A stretch of DNA of 64,000 bases, taken from IMG/VR virus record IMGVR_UViG_3300025889_000073, positions 32,001 through 96,000 of that record, one strand, 5' to 3'. Made by a program: the position numbers and the translations under genes. This DNA is from a virus. The notes beneath the pieces are model-generated. The model had not been told where the DNA came from. It ran no database searches and saw nothing but the letters and a program-made list of their open reading frames with translations. Below are positions 57,101 to 64,000 of this stretch, piece by piece. The first letter of the stretch is position 1; each line of letters begins with the position of its first letter.

Positions 57101-60100
57101 CTGCAGGGTTCGGGGTCGGTAATTATCTGTCTAGAGCTGTTCGAGTAAGAGAATATGCAAATACCAGTATTTACGACATAAAATGGGCCAAGGTTAGTAA
57201 TTCTAAAAGTAATTTTGAACATAATGCAGCAATTGACCAAAATGGTAGTTTGTATATTTGGGGCCGAGGAACAAATTATAAACTTGGAACAGGATCCACA
57301 GCTTCAATTAATTATGTAACAGCTAATAAACATGAAAGAGGAACAAATTGGTTCTGGGGACAAGTCTCTTGTGGTAGAGAATGTACAGCTGCAATAAGAA
57401 ATGATGGAACATTATGGTTCACTGGAGAAATTTCTGGTAGTTGGAAACCAAGCACTTTCACTCAAGTTGGTACAGATAGTGATTGGATTTATGTTGTTTG
57501 TGGTTATAAGACAATTTTGGCTCAAAAATCCAATGGCCAAGTATACTCATTTGGTTGGGGTAATCAAGTAGCATCTGGATTAGTAGATTATAATACACAT
57601 AGATTGAGGACATCTGAACCAAGTGGTGCTCAAGAAGGTGAATTGATAGGATACAAATTCTTAGAACCTTCTGGAACACAAACGACTTTAGACGATGTTG
57701 ATTCTGGAACAATCAATTCTTCAGTTTCGGACACAACAGGTTCAAACACCACACTAACACCAGTAACTTCAGGAACAGGAACAGGTTCAACTGGCGGTTT
57801 TGTTGCATCTTTTTCAGGAAATTACCATTACAAATTTACTGGAACTGGTGATAGAAAAATGCAGAGTGTTCCTTTAGATTTGACAGGAAAAAAATCAATT
57901 TCATTTGATTATATTGTTGGTTTAAACACCAATGGAGCAGGAGAAACTTCACTACCTTCTCCATACGAGTACAGTAGTATAACTTCCAGTAACGGTATAA
58001 ATGTATTATTCTCTACTGATTCTGGGGTTTCATGGCAAGATTCTACTGGTAGTTACCCAGGCCAATTAATAGGATATAAAATAAATTTATTTCACTCTTT
58101 CTCTAGTGCTTGGAGAACTATTGCTGTAGAAATTCCTGCTTCAGCTCAAACAAGTGGAGTTTTAGTTAAAATATATGATGGTAGAACTTATGGTGCAGGT
58201 GAAGAAGGCATAAACGAATATGGTATTGATAATTTTAAATTAAATACTGATTTTAATTACACAACAATACCGTTTGTATTTAAAGACTTTTCAATTGATA
58301 TAGGTTCAAATACAGCTTCAGGCATTTTAACTACTGATGATTTAGAATTTTATAATTCATCAATCACAACAGCAAATACTAATGTAGCCACAATATGGGG
58401 TAGAATACACGACGAATATCTTTACAACACCTATAGAGGTTCTAACGTATATGTTCCTTCTAGAATACAGTTAAATGATGTGGAAAATTTTTCTGTTGCT
58501 AAAATACAATCTTTGTTTAGATTTGCAAATAATAAAACATATACTTTAGTAACAAATACCGCAAGGCCATATGAAACCAATCCTTGGACAAATTACCACA
58601 TCAATACGGAATTTAAAAAAATTGATGTTGAGCAAATTGATTATATTTCACAAATTTCAGAAGATAGATGGCAAAAAGCTGAATTTGTTCGTAATATGGT
58701 TATTGGATTGAAAGAAGATGGGACTCTTTGGTCTTGGGGATGGAATGATAATGGTAAAGCGGGTAATGGTTCTGCACCAGGATTAGGTCCTAGTCCAACT
58801 CCAAATCAAATGGTTCAGGTCAACAGTTTAGAAACACAAAATTTAAAATGGACCGATTTCACAAGTTCAGCAAATACTGTACACGGAATAACAGAAGATA
58901 ACAGATTGTGGAATTGGGGAACAAATGGAAGTTTCGAAGAATTTGGAGATGGAAACACCAGTACAACTTTAACTCATCTTCAGCCAATACAAATTGGCGG
59001 TTATCAGTCAGAATATGATTGGTATAAAGTTTCTGGACACAATAATTCTAGAATAGCACTAAAAAAGGATGGAAGTGCTTGGCATTGGGGCCGTGAAGAT
59101 AATGTTGTTACTTCTGTTTCTTCTTCTCTTATAAGTGTCTACAACAATAATATAACCTCTTGGTCAAATACAGTTAATACTTATCCTTACTTTGGATTAT
59201 ATGACGAAGCTGTAACTTATACATATACTTCGGGCCCGCTTGGCTCAATATTAACTGTCGACAGTGTAGATGACCATTGGTACAATAATGCAAATGTTAA
59301 TTTTTATCAAATACCCAGTTCAAACATATATGCTGTTAGTGCAAATTATGGTATTGAGCCTCCAGGAGGTACAGCACACGTTACGGATTATAAATGGAGA
59401 ATTCATAGTTATGAACCTGGTCATACATTAAATTATTCTCCTGCTTCAAATAATACTGGCGCTTTAAATAATATGGGACCAATGAATCGTCCTGGTTCAA
59501 ATTATCATTTGGTTTGTACTGGTAAACCAGAATACAAATATGCATCGAGTTATCCACATACTGGTGAAAATTACATTTTATTTGAACCCAAAGATAAACT
59601 ATCGAGAATTTCTTTTAGTATGATTAAAGGAAATAATTATAATGGTTTGGGAGCTACCTTACAGCAAGGAGGAACTGGTACAAAATTTTTATCTTTAGAG
59701 GTTTTAGAAGGATATTCTCAATATAGTTCAAATGATTATGGCCAAGTTGGCAACGCATTTAGAATGGCAAATAATGACCCTTGGATTTGGCCTCGGGCAG
59801 CAAATAATATAAGCATACAAACAGTTCAATATGAATCATTAGAATTTCATAACTTGGATGACCCAGAATGGTGGGAATTTGCAAATATACAAATGGATAC
59901 TATCACCACTCCAGGCCAAAATGAAACTTGGCAAGATTATGGACCTTTTTTTGTTGGAAGTTATAATTCAGGCGGAATGCAAACTTGGATTAGAATGAGA
60001 TACATTTCAACGGAAGATGATAGTAGTCAAGAAGAATATTATAGTTATAATAATTTTGCTATAGACAATGTAAATTTTACTTGGCTTAATGATTCGGTTT

Positions 60101-63100
60101 ATCCTATCCAATTGGTAGACTATAACTTTGAACAATTTGAAGTTGTTACTTGGAACAATGTAGCTTCTTGGAGTAATACTACTACTTCTTTTTACGGCCA
60201 GTCATCATCTCAAACAGAATCACCAATATTATTAGATTTTGGTTGGGAGTCTTTTGAATTTCCTACTTTGGTGGATAATGCAGGCGTACCTTATTTTAAA
60301 TTCAATGAAATAACTCCTTCAGAAGGCAATATTTACACTAGAGATAGTTTTGGTGCAAACGTATCCGCTACTAATAATGGTCTTATGGTTTTTGAAGATG
60401 ATACTAATAGAATTTATCGTTATAGTTTGAGTCCATTTTATTATCACGGTTATGTGAGTTTAGGTAGTACAACCGCCGAATTTGGAAGAATTGATTCCGC
60501 AGGTTCTATTTCTGCTGTTAGAAGTTCATTAGGTAATGTGCAACTTTATAATAATGAAACCGGACAACTTTACACTACTTTAAATTATTTGGAGTTTGGC
60601 AATTCATCATATAATACTTTTGGAAAAGATGTTGCCGTTTATGATCAATATGTAGCTATTATTGATACTAGATATGTTTATGTTTATCATGTTGGTAGTT
60701 TACAAAAGGTTTGTCAATATTATTTTGCATCAACAGTTAATAAAGTTGATATTCATGGTGAACATTTAGTTGTCGGTGTAGGAAGTAATGTTTATGTTTT
60801 TAAATTTTTAAATTATTTAAATGAACAAGGTCAAATTAACCCTGGATTTCAGTACTCTTATAATTTATCAATACCATCTACTTCCCAAACAATAAGAATT
60901 AATGATAATTATATTGCAATTTCTTATAATACTTTTTATGGTCCAACAATAAGAGTTTATCCGATAATTACTAATTCTCCTTTTGTTATTGGTAATTATT
61001 TTGAATTTCCTTGGAATGATTATTATGAATCAGGTTATAGTCCTATTTCAAACCGTAGTTTCGGTCTTGCTATGGAATTATCGGACAAAAATATATTAGT
61101 AACTTCTGAACCTAGAGCTGTAAATTATTCAAATACTGCTGTAGGTGTTGTTTTAGTATATGATTTAGACATAAGAAAGTTTTCTTATGCTATAGAAAAT
61201 CCAAATCCTCCGGAAGGATTTAATGTCCCTCAATCGGACGTATTTGGTTCATCAGCAGATTTTTTTGGAAAATCTTTATCAATTAATCCAGAAGGAACAC
61301 AATTAATAATTGGCGCACCGGTCGATAATTATTATTCCGTTAATAAGGTTGGTAAAGTTTATGTTTATAGATTAGGCTCTCAATATAATGATAAAAACTG
61401 GATTGACATTTCTTCCGGTATGAGCAACGGATTAGCTGTTAAAAATGATGGAACATTATGGGGTTGGGGAGAAAATAAAGACGTAAGAATTCTTTTAGAC
61501 GAATTCGAATTAAATGATGCATCTACACCTGTTCAATTGTCTTCTTCTGGAGCTACTGATATAGCAATTGGAGATAAACATTTAGGTTATTTAAAGGGAT
61601 CATTATATGTCTGGGGTGAAAATGATTGGGGACAATTAGGAACAGGAACTACATATTCAACTTCCACTCCAACAAGCATAGGTGTCGGTTTTGAAAAAAT
61701 ATTTTTTGGCCAAGATAGGTCTTTTGGAGTTAAAACTGATGGAACACTATGGGCTTGGGGTAGAAATACATATAGAGAATTGGGAATAGGTTCCGGAACT
61801 TTACCAGTTTCTAGTCCTGTTCAAGCTGGTTCAACAATTGGATGGAAATACGTTGATGCTAAAGCTCCAAGATTAACTGTAGGTGTTGATTCGAACAATC
61901 AAGTCCGTAAATGGGGCCAGTATATAAGTGGGCCGCCTCCATATACGACACCAATTACTAGCGCTCCAACTTTAGATAGTGATTTTGGTACAAATATAGA
62001 AAAAGTTGCGGTTGTACCAAAACCTCAGGCTAATACAATAATATTTGCTTTAGACACTTCGGGAAATTTATTTGCTAAAGGAACAAATAGCGAAAGATAT
62101 TTTGGTTTTTGGGAAAAAAATTATGACATAGCTCAAATAAATTCTGGAAACCATCTTTTTTACGGACATTCTACTGATTTTTTTATTGATTCATCTGGAA
62201 ATTTATTTGCTTGGGGTAGTAATGATTCTCACGGATTAGCAATTGGTTCCAGTGATGAGACTTTATATTACAGTACACCCGTTCAAGTTGGTTCAGGTTT
62301 TAAAACCGTAGCTTCAGCTCCAAGCACAACTCATCTTTATTCGTCATATGACAATTCAACATTTTGTCCTTGGAATTCTGCAAATAGAAACAAAGACGGA
62401 AAAAATATAATAAATCCCACTACAGGAGTTAAATTTTTACCTGGTTCTCAAACATTTTACGGTATATCTGATGTCGGACATTTAATGGTCTGGGGTAGTT
62501 GTAAAGGATTTAATGCTCAGGGAACCAACATTTATAGTAACGTATATTCTTCTCCTACAATATTAGACAACACACATAATTGGACTCAAGCGAGTTTAGG
62601 AACAAATCTTTTTGCCGCTATTGATTCAAACGGTTATTTGTTTTTAAGAGGTGACAATTATTGGTATGATGTTCCTGGCTGGTGGGGTTATTACATGAGA
62701 GATACTATTGGTAGACCTTGGCCACCTTTAAAAGATTTGAAACAACATTACAGAGACCATTATGGATTAAGTTCTAGTACGGTTGTACATTTAAACGATT
62801 TATTATTCCACCATACACCTGAAGATACCCTTCCTGTAAATGTTTATTGGGGTTATAATTTTAACAAATCTTCTTTCACACAGATAGGGACAGATACGTG
62901 GCAAAAATGTTTTGTTTCTTATAACTACCCTAGAATTCCATTAAATTATAATCTTACAGGTAGTTTTTTTGGTATATTCGCCAACGGTGGAGATGATTAT
63001 GTTGACGAAAATACTTTTGTTCCTTCTGATGATATTTTTAATACATTTGGTGGAAAATTATATTTTAATAATCTTTTTGCAATAAAGAGTGACGGTACTC

Positions 63101-64000
63101 TATGGGTTGCAGGACCAAATTGTTATGGTGAATTGGGTGTGGGTGACATTCAACCCAGGTCAGTATTAACTCAAGTTGGAAGTTCAACATGGAGTCATAT
63201 AACTTCAGTACAAGGAACTACATTAGGAATTCGTTCTGATGGTACTTTATGGTCTTGGGGTAGAAATACTTTTGGATGTTTAGGTTTAGGCCAAGAAGAA
63301 ACTGTTTTACCTTTTGTTTCATCTCCAACCCAAGTCGGCACATCAAATGCTTGGAAAGACGTAAAAATCTTCACTCACTCGGAATCTTTGCCTGAAGCAC
63401 AAGCATCAGATGGTTATCTTATTGATTATGATGATGATTATTTTACTGATTATTGGTTACCATATCATCCTTGGCCAGTTGATATAGTAGTGTATGCTGT
63501 CAAAACCGAAGATGATGGTAATGATAAAATTTATGGTTGGGGATATAATAGATATGTGACTACTGATACAACTGATTTTTCATATACAGGCAGTACACTA
63601 TTTGGTAAAACGTATATTACTACAAATTCTTATAATTTAGATGGTTCTGGTGTTGCTAATGTGACTTCTCCAGATTCAATGGATGTAAGATATGGAGAAT
63701 GGCCCGAACAATGTGAAGTTATACAGTTAGGAGATAAAACAGCTTTACTTAGAGATAAATTTTCAAATCAAAATACTAGAATTTATTGGGGAACATCAAC
63801 GTGGGGTTTACAATCGGTAAACTCTACTCAAACTTCTGTTGGACAACCGGGGTCTTTTTTAGGAGATTTTGAGGATTATGTTACAACTCACGAATTTAAA
63901 GAATCTTGGCCAATTATTTTTAGAACGGATGAAGATTCAGTTATTCAAATTGCTCCACAAAAAACTTGGTTGGATATAGAATCTGGAAATAATGAAATTT
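54148..64000 (+). CDS. giant fibre/adhesin-like protein (over 3,284 aa, 3'-truncated) with RCC1 repeats, Reelin-like and FG-GAP-like inserts
   Basis: MVTRRNTKNSPLTHEELDENF...; in frame at every point checked up to the window end; many DGTLWxWG / GQLG repeats. Confidence 0.85.
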   Translation, partial: MVTRRNTKNSPLTHEELDENFRELRYDTSLQRVLENGNTTSNSIELENLSGITNAELYTTQTNTFNAIIISQNTYTTLPTANVDEVFAGTDHSYLIDEVGTVYQFGDFRNQAITYEGFVNPQEIYTETITTEISAGTKDIIETITDGIFYFSSGTGTGPNGGFKTQDNLKYLSFTGSSDSFAPGNTRVLTSKTLDLTTSTFVTINAIKGSLDNGGHGNYWNTVLPVLIDELTDFRNESLDNFELFLQFSDDDGSSWTYSEKINVNFDWDDHTVFIPERYKTSQSKIRIIQAHILNQYYQHSFYRDVSFNSLYYFSDGYYKYFPENVGNQWTEVPSFGVKSIKIYENISKGYLTFSDNVFSYKKTKIGNGFTVALRSDGLVFYWGDLYPVTLNSNTLVEPTQLPINGSYDKKFIDLAVGNESIYLIDENKHLWVLGNNDFGQLGINNTTHQSNEFIELDGIWDSIYASRNFVFGIRDKEYTLWSWGQNDWGQLGTGNRLNVSSPVLINGPREWDKVFLGYDSSYAKEKNGTLWFFGNDTKTKSGITTESLNAQYRINDDRKKNEGLKKVVSTNDEHSFGISNNNILYRLTTRDANTSGIRNKSTIFTTNNYEDYDQFPWQVYDNKQYIELFDGHQPTRREWIVDYYLSTLGNSDCYPEYVNYAIDIDKKLYAIESHYSNARAGIITSPIGLNWNEYFSTPVQVTSPGSDLWKTGTVGNWTNFGIKDDGTLWTWGKSAAYYNNFGDPEHIWNGPEPISSFSNYRVRFAYISSPVLIDSGNWKSIFTGHHRYNNENLGYSRHFYGAQTTLAIKEDDKTLWGWGRNRINALFQSNDPIIIKDISQTNKIIAVDSWGTAGAANTGINGGPYNNTAPSLWSSWDRGGFVIDSKKKLFGWGAGHKITPSEPIGAPGALFFVVDQQYARQIEEYDWIDFMASGSEQINTSFPQQQAIATSTGTYLGYKGQGLRLGITAEGEMYGWGYNLYGGAAGFGVGNYLSRAVRVREYANTSIYDIKWAKVSNSKSNFEHNAAIDQNGSLYIWGRGTNYKLGTGSTASINYVTANKHERGTNWFWGQVSCGRECTAAIRNDGTLWFTGEISGSWKPSTFTQVGTDSDWIYVVCGYKTILAQKSNGQVYSFGWGNQVASGLVDYNTHRLRTSEPSGAQEGELIGYKFLEPSGTQTTLDDVDSGTINSSVSDTTGSNTTLTPVTSGTGTGSTGGFVASFSGNYHYKFTGTGDRKMQSVPLDLTGKKSISFDYIVGLNTNGAGETSLPSPYEYSSITSSNGINVLFSTDSGVSWQDSTGSYPGQLIGYKINLFHSFSSAWRTIAVEIPASAQTSGVLVKIYDGRTYGAGEEGINEYGIDNFKLNTDFNYTTIPFVFKDFSIDIGSNTASGILTTDDLEFYNSSITTANTNVATIWGRIHDEYLYNTYRGSNVYVPSRIQLNDVENFSVAKIQSLFRFANNKTYTLVTNTARPYETNPWTNYHINTEFKKIDVEQIDYISQISEDRWQKAEFVRNMVIGLKEDGTLWSWGWNDNGKAGNGSAPGLGPSPTPNQMVQVNSLETQNLKWTDFTSSANTVHGITEDNRLWNWGTNGSFEEFGDGNTSTTLTHLQPIQIGGYQSEYDWYKVSGHNNSRIALKKDGSAWHWGREDNVVTSVSSSLISVYNNNITSWSNTVNTYPYFGLYDEAVTYTYTSGPLGSILTVDSVDDHWYNNANVNFYQIPSSNIYAVSANYGIEPPGGTAHVTDYKWRIHSYEPGHTLNYSPASNNTGALNNMGPMNRPGSNYHLVCTGKPEYKYASSYPHTGENYILFEPKDKLSRISFSMIKGNNYNGLGATLQQGGTGTKFLSLEVLEGYSQYSSNDYGQVGNAFRMANNDPWIWPRAANNISIQTVQYESLEFHNLDDPEWWEFANIQMDTITTPGQNETWQDYGPFFVGSYNSGGMQTWIRMRYISTEDDSSQEEYYSYNNFAIDNVNFTWLNDSVYPIQLVDYNFEQFEVVTWNNVASWSNTTTSFYGQSSSQTESPILLDFGWESFEFPTLVDNAGVPYFKFNEITPSEGNIYTRDSFGANVSATNNGLMVFEDDTNRIYRYSLSPFYYHGYVSLGSTTAEFGRIDSAGSISAVRSSLGNVQLYNNETGQLYTTLNYLEFGNSSYNTFGKDVAVYDQYVAIIDTRYVYVYHVGSLQKVCQYYFASTVNKVDIHGEHLVVGVGSNVYVFKFLNYLNEQGQINPGFQYSYNLSIPSTSQTIRINDNYIAISYNTFYGPTIRVYPIITNSPFVIGNYFEFPWNDYYESGYSPISNRSFGLAMELSDKNILVTSEPRAVNYSNTAVGVVLVYDLDIRKFSYAIENPNPPEGFNVPQSDVFGSSADFFGKSLSINPEGTQLIIGAPVDNYYSVNKVGKVYVYRLGSQYNDKNWIDISSGMSNGLAVKNDGTLWGWGENKDVRILLDEFELNDASTPVQLSSSGATDIAIGDKHLGYLKGSLYVWGENDWGQLGTGTTYSTSTPTSIGVGFEKIFFGQDRSFGVKTDGTLWAWGRNTYRELGIGSGTLPVSSPVQAGSTIGWKYVDAKAPRLTVGVDSNNQVRKWGQYISGPPPYTTPITSAPTLDSDFGTNIEKVAVVPKPQANTIIFALDTSGNLFAKGTNSERYFGFWEKNYDIAQINSGNHLFYGHSTDFFIDSSGNLFAWGSNDSHGLAIGSSDETLYYSTPVQVGSGFKTVASAPSTTHLYSSYDNSTFCPWNSANRNKDGKNIINPTTGVKFLPGSQTFYGISDVGHLMVWGSCKGFNAQGTNIYSNVYSSPTILDNTHNWTQASLGTNLFAAIDSNGYLFLRGDNYWYDVPGWWGYYMRDTIGRPWPPLKDLKQHYRDHYGLSSSTVVHLNDLLFHHTPEDTLPVNVYWGYNFNKSSFTQIGTDTWQKCFVSYNYPRIPLNYNLTGSFFGIFANGGDDYVDENTFVPSDDIFNTFGGKLYFNNLFAIKSDGTLWVAGPNCYGELGVGDIQPRSVLTQVGSSTWSHITSVQGTTLGIRSDGTLWSWGRNTFGCLGLGQEETVLPFVSSPTQVGTSNAWKDVKIFTHSESLPEAQASDGYLIDYDDDYFTDYWLPYHPWPVDIVVYAVKTEDDGNDKIYGWGYNRYVTTDTTDFSYTGSTLFGKTYITTNSYNLDGSGVANVTSPDSMDVRYGEWPEQCEVIQLGDKTALLRDKFSNQNTRIYWGTSTWGLQSVNSTQTSVGQPGSFLGDFEDYVTTHEFKESWPIIFRTDEDSVIQIAPQKTWLDIESGNNEI

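Noticed and set aside
47829-64000. diversity-generating retroelement or invertible fibre segments
   Set aside because: No reverse transcriptase, invertase or adenine-variant repeat pair seen; cannot be excluded outside the window

Overview
AT-rich segment of a large T4-like (gp32/gp59/gp33/gp48/gp53/gp5-type) myovirus genome. The host is probably a proteobacterium (inferred from the tmRNA tag). Layout: (1-8.1 kb) small early ORFs behind sigma70-type promoters, including an array of paralogous 'MNERI' cassettes; (8.1-11.6 kb) glycosyltransferase, six tRNAs and a split HldE/GmhD-like ADP-heptose module; (11.7-16.1 kb) late envelope/lysis cassette with GH19 endolysin; (16.3-28.2 kb) RNase H, GT2, GalE, ClpP, early ORFs, a GC-rich structured ncRNA candidate, DenV-like and Cas4-like nucleases; (28.2-31.3 kb) a circularly permuted two-piece tmRNA directly followed by an AcpS-ACP-desaturase-FabF operon; (31.6-35.9 kb) SleB, gp33, gp59, HAD, gp32; (36-42.4 kb, minus strand) hub/tape-measure paralogs, gp51/gp26 apparently joined by a -1 frameshift, gp54-like, gp2, gp4; (42.4-64 kb) gp48, gp53, hub, gp5, PAAR, then fibre-like proteins with RCC1 and Reelin-like modules, ending in an ORF of over 3,280 codons that is absent from the ORF track and runs off the window. 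All calls come from motif recognition by eye; no database searches were run.
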